Positions 38,285-51,212 of a stretch of 64,000 bases of DNA are shown one piece after another (position 1 is the stretch's first letter; every line of letters begins with the position of its first letter). The notes beneath the pieces were generated by a model. It was not told where the DNA came from and searched no databases. It was given only the letters and a program-made list of their open reading frames with translations. This stretch comes from Mobula hypostoma (taxonomy: Eukaryota), in the NCBI RefSeq assembly GCF_963921235.1, contig NC_086121.1, positions 22,382,001 to 22,446,000 on the forward strand, written 5' to 3'. The position numbers were made by a program, and so were the translations under genes.

Positions 38285-40752
38285 GATCAGAAGACCATCA
38301 GACATGGGAGCAGAATTAGGCCATTCAGCCCATCAAGTCTGGTCTTCCATTCCGTTATGGGTGATTTATTATCCCTCTCAACCCCACTTTTCTACCTTTT
38401 CCACATACGCTTTGATGCCCTGGCTAATCAAGAACCTATCAGCCTCCACTTTAAATCTACCCAATGACTTGGGTGTCTGTGGCAATGAATTCCACAGATT
38501 CACCATCCACTGGCCAAAGGAATTCCTCCTCATCTCTGTTGTAAAGGGACGTCCTTGTATTCTGAGGTTGTCTTAGAGTCTCCCACTATAGGAAACATCC
38601 TCTCCGCATCCACTATCAAGGCTTTTTAAGATTCGATAGGTTTCAATGAGATTCCGCACCCCCCCCCCCACACACTTCACTCTTTTAAACTCTAATGACC
38701 ACAAGCCCAGAGCCATCAAACGCACCTTGTACGTCAGCCCTTTCACTCCTGTTATCGTTCACGTGGCCTCCTCTGGATCCACTCCAACACCATCACATCC
38801 CGTTCCTAGACAAGGGACTCAGGGCTGCTGACAATACTCCAAACGCGGCCGGCCCACTGCCTTGTAAAACCCTCAGCACTACATCCTTGCTTTGATTTTC
38901 CAGTCCACTTGAAATGAATGCTAACATTGTATTTGCCTTCCTTACCACCGACTCAACCTGCAAGTTAACCTTTAGGAAATCCTGCACAAAGACTCCAAAG
39001 TCCCCTTGCACCTCTGACTTCTGAATCTTCTCCCCATTTAGAAAGCAGTCTATGCCATTATTCCTCCTATAGAGATGCATGACCTACATTATGTTCTATC
39101 TGCCACTCCTTTACTCGTTCTCCTAGGTCCTTCTGAAGACACCTTGCTTCCTCAACACTACCTGCCCCTCTACCTATCTTTGTATCATCTGCAGTCTTGG
39201 CCACAAAACCATTAAAGCCATTGACAGATAATGTGAATAAAAGCCCTGACCCCTGTGGAACAAAACTTGTCACCGGCAACCAACCAGAAAATGCACCCTT
39301 TATTTGTACTCCTTGCCTCCCGCCAGTCAGACAAACTTCTATCCACGCTGAAAATCTGCAGATGCTGGAAATTCGAGCAACACTCACAAAATGCTGGAGG
39401 ATCTCGGCAGGCCAGGCAGCCTCCATGGAAAAGAACAAACAGTCGACGATTCGGGCCGAGACCCTTCATCAGAACTAGAGAGAAACGATGAGAAGTCAGA
39501 GTAAGAAGGTGAGGGGGAGGGGAGGAAGAAGTACAAGGTAGTAGGTGATAGGTGAAGGCGGGAAGGGGAGAGAGGGGGTGAAGTAACGAGCTGGGGAGTT
39601 GATTGGTGAAAGAGAAACAGGGCTGGAGAAGGGAAAATCTGATAGGAGAGGACAGAAGGCCATGGAGGAGCACCAGAGGGAGATGAGAGAGGAAAAATGG
39701 GGATGGGGAGCAGTGAGGTGGAGGCATTACTGGCAGTTCGAGAAATCAACGTTCATGCCATCGGGTTGGAGGCTACCCAGATGGAATACGAGGTGTTGCT
39801 TTTCCAACCTGAGTGAGGCCTTGTCGCGACAGTAGAGGAGACCAGGACTGACTTGCCAGAATGGGAATAGGAAGCGGAATTAAAATGGGTTGGCCACTGG
39901 GAGATCCTGCTTTTTCTGGCGGTCGGAGCGTAGGTGCTCGGCAAAGCAGTCTCCCAATCTACATCGGGTCTCACCGATATACAGGAGGCCACATCGAGAG
40001 AACCGGATACAGTAGATGGCTCCAACAGACTCAGAGGTGAAGTGTCGCCTCACGTGGAAGGACTGTTTGCAGCCCTGAATGATAGTGAGGGAGGAGGCGT
40101 AGGGGCAGGTGGAGCATTTGTTCTGCTTGCAAGGATAAGTGCCAGGAGGGAGATCAGTGGGGAGGGATGAATGGACAAGGGAGTCAGATAGGGGGTGAGC
40201 CCTGTGGAAAGCAGAAAGTGGAGGGGGAGGAAGATGTGTTTCGTGGTGGGATCTTGTTGAAGCTGTTGGAAGTTGCGGAGAATTATGTGCTGGATATGGA
40301 GGCTGGTGGGGTGGTGGGTGAAGACAAGAGGAACCCTTTCCCTGGAGGGGTGGTTGGAGAACGTGGTGAGGGCAGACGTGAGGAAGTAGAAGAGAAGGGG
40401 TTGCGGGCAGCGCTGATGGTAGAGGAAGGGAAGCCCCTTTCTTTGAAGAAGGAGGACATCTCCTTTGTTCTAAAATGAAAAGCCTCATCTGGCCTATAGT
40501 TTCCTATCCTTTGCCTTCCTCCCTTCTTAAAGAGTGGAGTGAAATTTGCAATTTTCCAGTCCTCTGGAAACATTCCAGAATCTAGTGATGGTCGAAAAAT
40601 CACTACTATTGCCTCCACAATCTCTTCAGATACCTCTTTCAGAACCCCGGCGTATAGTCCATCTGGTCTAGATGACACATCTGTTATCAGACCTTTCAGC
40701 TTCCCAAGCCCCTTCTGTGTAGAGGTAGCAACTACACTCACTTCTGCCGCCT
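38285..40752 (-). mobile_element. CR1 LINE interrupted by a Penelope-like element
   Basis: CR1 3' end at 38285; RT pieces (EDWKIANFTPLFKKG) resume after 40490. Confidence 0.85.
39348..40490 (-). mobile_element. Penelope-like retroelement with a GIY-YIG endonuclease remnant
   Basis: PGTYPC..KCSTCPY...AIYCIRFSRCGLLYIGETRCRLGDCFAEHLRS in ORF 39880-40488; pseudo-LTR with a mutated hammerhead (GAAT) at ~39440-39477. Confidence 0.9.
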
Positions 40753-41364
40753 GAATTAATTACAACAGTGCATTGAGATAGTACATGGTAAAACAATAGC
40801 AGAGTGCAGAATGAAGTGTACAACACAGAGAGAGAGTGCAGTGCAGGTAGACAGTAAGGCACAGGGTCATAAGGAAGTAAATTGTGAGGTTAAGAGTCCA
40901 TTTCGATCGCAGGGGACTCTTTGATAATCTTATAACAGCAGGATAGAAGCTTTTCTTGAGCTTGGTTGTACATGGCTTCCGACCTTTGTATCTTCTGCCT
41001 GTTGGGTGAGGAGAGAGGAGAGAAGAGAGGAGGCCTGGAGTGGGAGAGGTCTTTGATAATGAGGTAGGGAGAAGTGTAGACAGAGTCCATGGAAGGGAGG
41101 CTGGTTTCCACAACTCTCTGCAGTTTCCTACGGTCACGGGCAGGGCAGTTACCACACTGAGCCGTGCTGCATTCTGATAGGACGCTTTCAATGTTGCACT
41201 GATAAGGGTCAAAGGTGACATGCCAAGTTTCTTTAACCTCCTGAGAAGGTACAGGCGCTGGTCAGCTTTCTTGACTGTGTTGTCAACACGGATGTACCAG
41301 GACAAGCTATCACTCTGAAGAACTTGAAGTTCTCAACTCTCTTGACCTTAGCACCATTGACGTA

Positions 41365-41910
41365 GAGTGCTGTGTAAAAGTCTTAGGCACATATACATAT
41401 CTAGGATAGCGAAGACTTTCGCACAGTACTGTAGTAACTTTATGCATTGCTCTGTACTGATGCCACAAAGAAAAAACAAATTTCATGACCCATGTGAGTG
41501 ATGATAAACCTGATTCTGATATGGGTCTCTATTGTGGACTGAGAGTGGGAAGGGGGCAGGGAGAGGGTAATCATGGTTGGGAAAAGGAGAAAAGAGAGGG
41601 GAGGGAGTGGGAAGCAACAGGGAGACATTCTGTAATGATCAATAAACCAATTGTTTGGAATCAAATGACCTTGCCTGGTGTGTCGGGGCTGGGTGTGTCT
41701 GCACCCAGACCAACACCCGCCCCGGCACTCCTCCTCTGCCACCTGTCCCACACCCCCACTGTGGCTCTCCACCCTCGTCATTCCCAAATTCCTTTAGTCC
41801 CGCCAGATTTATAAAATCACTGTCCGCTCCACATTGACAAATGCAGTACTGCACAAAAATCTTAGGCATCCTAGCTACATATATGTGTCTACGACTTATT
41901 CACAGTGCTG
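41365..41910. mobile_element. Non-autonomous Tc1-like element with self-complementary ~65-85-bp ends
   Basis: Each end contains facing copies of a CAGTACTGTGCAAAAGTCTTAGGCAC-like motif; the two ends are inverted relative to each other. Confidence 0.55.
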
Positions 41911-42369
41911 TGTTACCCTGAAATTCATTTTCTTTACAGGAAATTAAAGAACTACAATAAAATTTATGACATTGAGATATAAACAAAGGCTGTCAAACAA
42001 CCAATAATGCAAAAGAAGACAAATTATGCAAATAAACAAATAAATAAACATATTAATAATAAATAATACTGAGAACATAACTAATTGAAAGTATCCATTT
42101 ACCTGTAATTTTCAGCCTACTTTGAAACAATGCAGTTTCTTATTTGAACTAATCATCACTTCTTTTGATGCTAACTCAACTAACAGGATAGATGAGCATT
42201 TGAATCAAAGGTTCATTTATTATCAAAGTATACAACTCTGAAATTCTTCTTCTCCAGACAGCCACGAAACCAGGAAAGAAAAGAAAGGCAGCACGATCAC
42301 CAACCCCCAAATCCCCCCTCCCCACAAAAAATGAGCGAAAATGGAACAGGCACATCAACCCCTAAACCA

Positions 42370-42920
42370 GAGAAAGAGAGAAAAAAGGGGGAAATAATAA
42401 ATAAATAAATAAATAAATAAAGGATGGGGTAAGAAGGGGAGGGGGGCATTAATGCCTTATATTCCATCTGGGTAGCCTCCAACCTGGTGGCATGAACATT
42501 GACTTCTCTAACTTCCGTTAATGCCCCTCCTCCCCTTCTTACCCCACCCCTTATTTATTTATTTATTTATTTATTCCCCCCCTTTTTTTTCTCTCTCTCT
42601 CTGTCCCTCTCACAATAACTCCTTGCCTGCTCTCCATCTTCCTCTGGTACTCCCCTCCCCCTTTCTTTCTCCCTAGGCCTCCCGTCCCATGATCCTCTCA
42701 TATTCCTTTTGCTAATCAACTGTCCAGCTCTTGGCCCCATCCCTCCCCCTCCTGTCTTCTCCTATCATTTTGGATCTCGCCCTCCCCCTCCCACTTTCAA
42801 ATCTCTTACTAACTCTTCTTTCAGTTAGTCCTGACAAAGGGCCTCAGCCCAAAACGTCGACTGTACCTCTTCCTAGAGATGCTGCCTGGCCTGCTGCATT
42901 CACCAGCATTTTGTGTGTGC
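42370..42920 (+). mobile_element. Penelope-like 3' fragment with an inverted 5' duplication
   Basis: Homologous to 27950-28370; 42370-42452 is approximately the reverse complement of 42518-42600. Confidence 0.8.
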
Positions 42921-43676
42921 AACTATGCTCTTCTATTGAGATGTTCCCACACCCAATGATCTCACTTTAAGGACTCTTTATCTCATGTTCTCGTTATTTA
43001 TTGCTATTTATTTATATTTGCATGTGCACAGCCTGTTGTCTTCTGTGCTCTTACTTGATCTTTCATTGATCCTGTTTACAGTTACCATTCTATAGGTTTG
43101 CTGAGTATGCCAACAGGAAAAAGAATCTCAGGGTTGTATGTGGTGATACGTATGTACTCTGTTAATAAATTTTACTTTGAACTTTAAAATTTGCAGCAGA
43201 TTAACTAATCGATTGAACGTCCTCCCATGGATTTTTCAGCTTGCTCTGAAACGAAACAGCTTCTCGTTTGAATTAAGTGCAATTTCTTTTTAAAAAGGTG
43301 AAACAAATCCACCTTTGGGGAGATTTGAGAAACACACATCCAAATGACAGGAGCCCCCATCTCAAGGGGAGGATGTTGTTATAGCTTTGGGATTTGTTCC
43401 CACAAAGCTTGGCATGAGGACATTTCCGTTCAGACACCTGGTGCATAGACAGTGGGTGGATTATGTCACTGCAAAAAAAAACAACAACTTTAAAGTGATT
43501 TAAGAGGGGCGGTTTTTACTTTGGCTTATTGTCGATGTACAGATTGTCGGGGAGCTTGACTGTAGAATACCATGTGCTTGGTATCTACGACATTGTTTAC
43601 AAAGGGAAGGTCTGGTATGGTCTGTGTCTCTCTCAGTGTATTTTGCATTTCATTATTATTTGTCGTCCAGACATAC

Positions 43677-44226
43677 CTCTTCTTGGCCATTAGCAGCAGC
43701 AATCGATAACGCTGTCCTTCCAACAGCATCCTCAGCATTGATGCAGGTTCCAGTTTCCAATAGCATTTCAATTACTTTTCTGTTTCCAACCTCCGCGGCC
43801 AGGTGCAAGGGCATCATGTTGCCCCGTGTCGTGCCGTGCGTTGAAACTCCTCTCGAAAGGAGAAATTCGATTATGTGCAGCCGGTCACTCACGACCGCCC
43901 AGTGCAGTGGGGTCCAGCGCTGCGCGTCCGCTGCCTCGGCGCTTGCCCCGTAGTTCAGCAGCTGCTGCGCAATCAGGAGGTGCCCCCCTGCGGCTGCGCA
44001 GTGCAACGCGGTCAGTCCGCGCCTGGTCGGCACGCCGGTCGAAGCCCCACGCTGCAGGAGGAGGTCGGCAATCTGGGTGTGTCCGTTCCAAGCAGCCCGG
44101 TGAAGAGGAGTCCAGCTGTGCCTGTCTGTGGCGTCGATCTCTGCCCCGCGGTGAACGAGAAGTTTAACCAGTGATTGGCAGCCCTTAAGTACTGCGTAAT
44201 GTAGTGGGGTGCAGCCAAATTCATCC
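43677..44226 (-). CDS. ANKRD65: ANKRD65 internal coding exon (550 bp)
   Basis: Consecutive ankyrin repeats (TPLHYAVLKG, TPLHRAAWNGH, TALHCAAAGGH, TPLHWA, PLHLAAEVG); gcag acceptor in phase 2 and gtatgt donor in phase 0. Confidence 0.9.
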
Positions 44227-44251
44227 CTGCATTTAACGGGATAATGATAGT

Positions 44252-44875
44252 CATTAAGAAAGCACACGGTCCATTGGCCTTCATCAATCGTGCGATTGAG
44301 TTTAAGAGCTGAGAGGTAATTTTGCAGCTATATAGGACCCTGGTCAGACCCCACTTGGAGTACTGTGCTCAGTTCTGGTCGTCTCACTGCGGGAAGGATG
44401 TGGAAACCGTAGAAAGGGTGCAGAGGAGATTTACAAGGATGTTGCTTGGATTGTTTATGAGAATAAGTTGAGTGATCTCGGCCTTTTCTCCTTGGAGCGG
44501 CAGAGGATGAGAGGTGACCTGATAGAGGTGTTCAAGATAATGAGAGTCATTGATCGTGTGGATAGTCAGAGGCTTTTCCCCAGGGCTGAAATGGCTAGCA
44601 CGAGAGGGCATAGTTTTAAGGTGCTTGGAAGTAGGTATAGAGGAGATGTCAGGGGTAAGTTTTTTTATGCAGAGTGGTGAGTGCGTGGAATGAGTTGCCA
44701 GCGGCGGTGGTGGCAGCAGAAACAATTGGGTCTTTTAAGAGACTCCTAGACAGGTACATGGAGCTTAAAAAAATAGAGGGCTATGGGTAAAGCCTAGGTA
44801 GCTCTCAGGTAGGGACATGTTCAGCACAGCTTTGTGGGCCGAAGGGCCTGAATTGTGCAGTATATTTTCTATGTA
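44252..44875 (+). mobile_element. CR1 3' fragment abutting an ANKRD65 acceptor
   Basis: LGLFSLERQRMRGDLIEVFKIM and CR1 3'UTR. Confidence 0.9.
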
Positions 44876-45095
44876 TCAGATAGTTATTATTCTGTATTGT
44901 TAGTGTTTTACCTTGTCCTAACTCTGTGCACAGTGCAATGATTTGATGCATATGAACAGAATGCAAGAAAACATTTTCGCTGTATCTCAATATATGCAAC
45001 AACAATAAACTGACTCCAGTTCCAAATACCTGACTGTACCCACACACTTTTCAATCATACAGTTAAAGTGAACACCACAAATTCACAGATATACA

Positions 45096-45984
45096 CAGGT
45101 TGAGCACCCCTTAACCAAAACTTCAAAATCTGAAAACCTGCAACATCCAAAATTTTTTTGATCGCTGACATGACATCACAAACAGAAAATTGCGGAAGGA
45201 GCTGGGAAAGTTTCTAGGCAATGCACAGGTCTCTGTGTACCGCAGATACTTCAGAGAAGTGACCTCACATACCTAATGATCAGGAGTTAATGAAAAATAG
45301 AAAAACACCGCATAAAGTGAAAAACGAAGATCTCGATTGTGTATTGGAAGAGTGGATTTGTCAGCTTCGGAGTAAAATATTACCGGTAAGTTGATCATGA
45401 AACAAGCAAAGATCTGTCACAATAAACTAAAAATTGAAGATATTTGTGACTATTCAGCAGGCTGATTGAAGAAATTTAAGAAAAGACAGGGCATTAATTT
45501 TTTTTAAAGATTTGTGGTCTGCTGATCACGAAGCAGCAGTGAAATTCACTGATGAGTTTTCTGAGATTGTCGCTGATGAAAATCTAACATGCTGATCGGT
45601 TGCATCAGCACATACGCGTGATGAACAAGTGTAAGACCAAGACAGCGTACCGGTAACACATAAATTCAAGGTCGGGAATGATAATGATGCCAAACAGCCT
45701 CTGACTGTCCACCTGGGTGGCTGAGGTAGTGATGGCTTACCTTTCTGATGGTTCAATGTATTGTTTCACGCACAGAATTATTAAAAATATTTTACAAAAC
45801 TACTTTCAGGGTGTGCGTATAAGCTGTATATGTAATGCAAATGGATGGATTTCATGTTTAGACTTGGGTCCCATCCCCAAGGTAGCTCTTTATATAGGTT
45901 GCAAGTATTCCAGAGTCAAAAAAAACCCCCTGAAATCCAAAGCATTTCCAACCCCTAGCATCTCAGATCGGGGTGCACAACCTG
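45096..45984 (+). mobile_element. Tigger/pogo DNA transposon, internally deleted (Tigger4-like TIRs)
   Basis: TIRs CAGGTTGAGCACCCC / GGGGTGCACAACCTG-TA; CENP-B-type HTH remnant EDLDCVLEEWICQLRS..IMKQAK..SAG*LKKFKKR. Confidence 0.85.
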
Positions 45985-46314
45985 TATATGTAAATGAATT
46001 CTGGATGGTATAGGCTGGTTCCTGTGCTAATGGAAGAATTCAGGATGAATAAAGTGGGAGATTTGGATTGAGGACCAGTGAGACAGAATCTCTGCAGAGA
46101 TTGGACCCAATATATTTCATGTTCAAAAGGTTTCACCAAAATTTCCTCCTTTTATGCTCTCATCCAAAACACTGAGAGCTATGATTTGCAATAGATCCTT
46201 GGGATACTCCACTTGTGACTTGATTCCTGTGGAACTCCTCCTATTAATGACTATCTAATTCTGACCGCATACAGAGATTATATCTTTATTATTATGTATT
46301 GCAATGTACAGCTG

Positions 46315-46955
46315 CTGGATAGCGAGAGGATTCGAGTACAGGAGCAGGGAGGTACTACTGCAGTTGTACAAGGCCTTGGTGAGACCACACCTGGAGTATT
46401 GTGTGCAGTTTTGGTCCCCTAATCTGAGGAAAGACATCCTTGCCATGGAGGGAGTACAAAGAAGGTTCACCAGATTGATTCCTGGGATGGCAGGACTTTC
46501 ATATGAAGAAAGACTGGATGAACTGGGCTTGTACTCGTTGGAATTTAGAAGATTGAGGGGGGATCTGATTGAAACGTATAAAATCCTAAAGGGATTGGAC
46601 AGGCTAGATGCAGGAAGATTGTTCCCGATGTTGGGGAAGTCCAGAACGAGGGGCCACAGTTTGAGGATAGAGGGGAAGCCTTTTAGGACCGAGATTAGGA
46701 AAAACTTCTTCACACAGAGAGTGGTGAATCTGTGGAATTCTCTGCCACAGGAAACAGTTGAGGCCAGTTCATTGGCTATATTTAAGAGGGAGTTAGATAT
46801 GGCCCTTGTGGCTACGGGGGTCAGGGGGTATGGAGGGAAGGCTGGGGTGGGGTTCTTAGTTGGATGATCAGCCATGATCATAATAAATGGATGTGCAGGC
46901 TCGAAGGGCCGAATGGCCTACTCCTGCACCTACTTTCTATGTTTCTATGTTTCTA
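46315..46955 (+). mobile_element. Young 5'-truncated CR1 (same family as the 10.6 kb and 33.7 kb copies)
   Basis: Open frame nearly identical to the 668-aa ORF C-terminus; (TTTCTATG)n tail. Confidence 0.93.
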
Positions 46956-48057
46956 TAATAACGAGTTTCACGACAGTGACAATGATAAACCAATCCCAGT
47001 TCCACCAGGGATATCCCAAAGAATGGCAAGGATCTGAAGGAATACGGTTGTTAATGGCCCCAGTGTTCCTTGTAACACTGAGGCTGCACTGGTGAGGTCT
47101 CACTTGGAGTAAGGCGAGTAGTTTTGGGCCCCTGATTTAAGAAAGGACGTGCTGGCATTGGAGAGGGTGCAGAGGAGGTTCATGAGAATGATTCTGGGAA
47201 TGAAAGGGTTATCATTTGAGCAGTGATTGATGGCTCTGTACTCGCTGGAATTTAGAAGAATGAGGTGGGGATCTCATTGAAACCTATCGAACGTTGAAAG
47301 GCCGAGACAGAGAGGCTGTGAAGAGGATGTTTCCTTTGGTAGGGAGTCTAGGACTAGAGGGCACAGCCTCAAAATAGAGAGACGTCCATTTAGAACAGAT
47401 TACATTTTTTATTAAAGTCTGTCACAAGCCTTGTGGCCCATCAGGCTGGTGCTTATGCCGGTTTCCGTAGTGTGAAGTGACTGAGAGCACGAGACTCCCT
47501 CCCCCCCCCGCCCCGGATAGGACACCAGTCTATTGTGAGGTTAACCCCGAGCATTTGCCAGTACCCATTCTCAGCTGGGTAGACTGGAGCAGTGTGTGGT
47601 TAAGTGCCTTGCTCAAAGACACAACACGCTGCCTCGGTCGAGGCTCGAACCCACGACCTTCGGATCGCTAGTCCAGCACTTGGCCATGCGCCACACAGAG
47701 ATGAGGAGCAATTTCTTCAGCCAAAGGGTGGTAAATCTGTGGAATTCATTGCCACAGGTGGCTGTGGAGGCCAGGTTACCGGGTGCATTAAAGGTGGAGG
47801 TTCTTGATTAGTCAGGCAGTGAGAGGTTATGGGGAGAAGGCAGGAGAATGGGGTGTCGAGGGAAATGGATCAGTCACGATGGAATGTTGGTGCAGAATAG
47901 ACGTGCTGAATGGCCTAATTCTGCTCCTATGTTGCACGGTCCTATGCTCAGAAAGCAAACTCTTTCATTCATAAACCTATTCCACTGACCCTTATGTTAG
48001 TCTATTTCATATTGTTGTCGTAGTTGAATGCAGTTTGTGCCAATAGTGGCACCTCAC

Positions 48058-48236
48058 CTGGAGTCTACAAGAGCGCCGTGCTGTAGATATGTCTTCGCCA
48101 GGTGGACGTCACCACTACAAGCTGCCTGATGAAGGTCAGTCCACGTGCCAAGGTGGACACCATCTCCTGCTCCCTGTTGAACCTCGTTAAGCTCTTCACT
48201 GAGATCCACCAGTCTCCACAACAGTTCTGCTGTCAT
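48058..48236 (-). CDS. ANKRD65: ANKRD65 coding exon from the probable start ATG (exon probably begins at 48258); spliced CDS ~380 aa
   Basis: MTAELLW...WTDLHQAACSGDVHLAKTYLQHGALVDS(R); gtgagg donor in phase 2 matches the next exon; acceptor tttttaag at 48260-48259. Confidence 0.82.
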
Positions 48237-49803
48237 CCCAGATACCTCGTCATGTCTTCTTAAAAAGTAAGACTGATACAAACAAACTCTTTGAGAGCTT
48301 TGTGGGGTATTTTTACATAAATAAAGACATGAATTGTAAAATAAGAAGATTTGGGGCAAGTAGACTCTGAAATTGGGAGGGGCATTGTTTTTGTTTGCAG
48401 ATCCATGTTTTTTTATGCACCTCTTAGCATCTTTGGTCAATTTAGGGATGGGTGCAGCGTGCAACCCCCAATCAGTGGCGCTGAAGTACAGCAGTTAGTG
48501 TAATGCTTTACAGTACCAGCAACCCAGGTTCAATTCCCACTGCTGTTTGTAAGGAGTTTGTATGTTCTCCCCATCGCTGCGTGGATTTCCTCTGGGTGCT
48601 CTGGTTTCCTCCCACATTCCAGTGACGTATGAGTTAGGGCTAGTAAGTTGTGGGCACACTGTGTTGACGCCAGAGGCATGGAGCCACTTGCGGGCTGCCC
48701 CCAGCACATCCTCGGACTGTGTTGGTCGCCGATGCTAATGACGTGTTTCACTGTACGTTCCGAGGTTTCGAGGCACACGGGCAAATAAAGCTAATCTTTA
48801 AGACGCTTGTTTACAGAAAGGATGTTGCAGACGGGTTTGCAAACATGAAAGCTCTTTGTCGGTTTATAAATAACCAATCTTCAGAGAAATGGGAAAACAA
48901 TTTAAAAAAAGCAATGCAGATGCCAGAAACCTAAAACTGGAACAAAATGTTCATTCTTTTGAAGTCTCTCAAAGCTTTGACTAAACAGTCGGTTTTCAGA
49001 TGTCTAAGAACTCCATTGTCATTAAAACAAAAAGGTGACTTGGAAACCAGTAAATATTCTAAAACATGACTTGCAAAAAGCAGAGGAGTTTACAGTTTTC
49101 CTGTAACTGCATCTCTGGCTACTGGATATTGCAGAGCATATCCAAGGCCACAAAATATGCCTTTTGTTTCAAGAGTCACGTTTGGCTCTTTTCTGATTTA
49201 GAGTGCCCTGGGTTTAATCTAATTAGCATGTCCCACGCACCCACTGAGGTTGGGTGGGACTACTACCAGAGGTGATGGGTTAAGGGTGAAAGGTGAAACT
49301 TTTAAGGGGAACGTGAGGGGAAACTTCTTCACTCAGAGGGTGGTGAGAGTGTGGAACGAGCTGCTAGCATAAGTGGTGCATGCAAGCTCCATTTCAACAT
49401 TTAAGAGAAGTTTGGATAGGTATGTGGATGGAAGGGGTATGCAGGGCTATGGTCCCAGTGCAGGTCAATGGGAGTAGGCAGTTTGAATGGTTTCAGCATG
49501 GAACAGATGGGCTGAAGGGTCTGTTTCTGTACTGTTCTTTTTGATGACTCTAAATGCTGATTAATAAGTATAAACGTCTGATCTGAAGCTCCTGCACCAC
49601 ACACAAAATGCAGGAGGAACTCAACAGGTCAGTTGACCCTTCAGGTCGAGACTCTTCATTAGGACACTCATCGACAAGCTTGACTGTCTATTTCCCCTCA
49701 TAGATTCTGCCTGACCCGCTGAGTTCCTCCAGTACTGTGTGCTTTGCTCTAGATTTCCACGTCTACAGCTTCTCTTGTGGCGCACTGGATGGAGTAAGGA
49801 AGT

Positions 49804-49833
49804 GCGCCCCCTGCTGGTGACAATGGGAACTGC
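49804..49833 (-). promoter_or_regulatory. CTCF motif with upstream module
   Basis: Minus strand GGCAGTTCCCATTGTCACCAGCAGGGGGCGC matches the core plus the upstream TGCAGT-type module. Confidence 0.75.
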
Positions 49834-51169
49834 CTCCCCACCCGATCTCGATATTTCATGGGAGATCCCAGGTCCTCACTGGGAAGAAGAAACAGGGAGG
49901 TAATCTCCAGTCAGCTGACTTATATTGTTGCCTCATTCAATTAGGCTGTCACATTGTCACACTGCTCTGCACAAATTGGTATTTTACTTGCTACCTGACT
50001 GTCCCTAAGGCAAAGTCGAGTTTATTGTCATATGTACCAGTGCGTGCGTGTCGAGGTGCAATGAAAAACTTACTTTCAGCTGCATCACAAGAAAATAAAA
50101 CATGAATTGCCATAGATTGTACACATTTTTAACAAGAAGATACACAACACAGTCACTGTGCAGTACGGAAGCTGTAAGGCATTGGAACTCAGGACCTTAC
50201 AGAGGACAGCAAAGACTGCTGACAGGATCATGGGGGTCTCCCTCTCCTCTATTTGTGATATTTACCGGGAGCATTGTAGACGAGGGGCCCAAAACATTTT
50301 TGAAGATCCCTGTCACCCGTCCCACCATCTCTTTGACCCACTACCACCAGGAAGGAGGTACAGAGGTATCAGGACGAGGACTGCCAGACTGGGTAACAGC
50401 TTCTTCCCTGAGGCTGTGAGACTAATGAATACCCTGTCACCGGGACAGCAAGCTCCTTACTGTTTACCTGTGCTGCACACGACACGGATTTTGAATGATA
50501 GTTCATTAACTTATGTATGGTAATATCTTGTTTTATGTCCAGTGTGTGACACGTGTTTTGTTTGGTCGTGTATTTGTACAATTGGATGACAATGAACTTG
50601 AACTTGGAAAAAATATCCATTGCAGGGCAAAGTGATCAAAGTGGCCGTAATGTTCTCATACTGAGGTAGTGGATTCGGGTTGTACAGATTGGTTCAAGAA
50701 CCGCATGTTTGAAGGGAAGTAGCTGTTCCGGAGCCTGGCGGTGTGGGACTTGTACCAGGAGTATTTGATTGGTGACTGAGTGTTCTGGGATGCTGTGTTG
50801 CTACAAGTGAAGGTCTCCTGAATGGATGGGTCGACTGGAAGGAGGTTTTCCATGTTTGTGACTTTCGAGTGCCCTGTGTTGTGAGTGTCAGAAATTCCAT
50901 GCACTGGTGCTCCTTTTGCATGCTGGATTGGGTGAAAGATAGGCAGGGCACCCAGAGGGGAAGGGGCTCACTCCTTGGTGAGGTTTTGATCCTTCGATGA
51001 GACTGAGGCATCTCGGGCAAATAACAAGCACAGAGTCCAGCCAGCTTCCTCAGTTGCTTTTGTCACATGCAGTCACTGACCAGGTATTCCTGAACATTGG
51101 ACTGAAATAAAATGCTCTGAACATCCTTCTTAAAAAGATCCAATGAATACAGTGAAGTGTGTTACTTAC

Positions 51170-51212
51170 AGCTGGTTGATCAATGGTTCTAGGTTTAGTG
51201 GGTAACAAGGAC
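51170..51212 (-). other. Candidate 43-bp upstream exon of ANKRD65 (5'UTR or in-frame N-terminal extension)
   Basis: Strong acceptor tttgttttcccaacag and donor gtaagt; reads (G)PCYPLNLEPLINQ(L) in frame with the 48258 exon. Confidence 0.5.
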
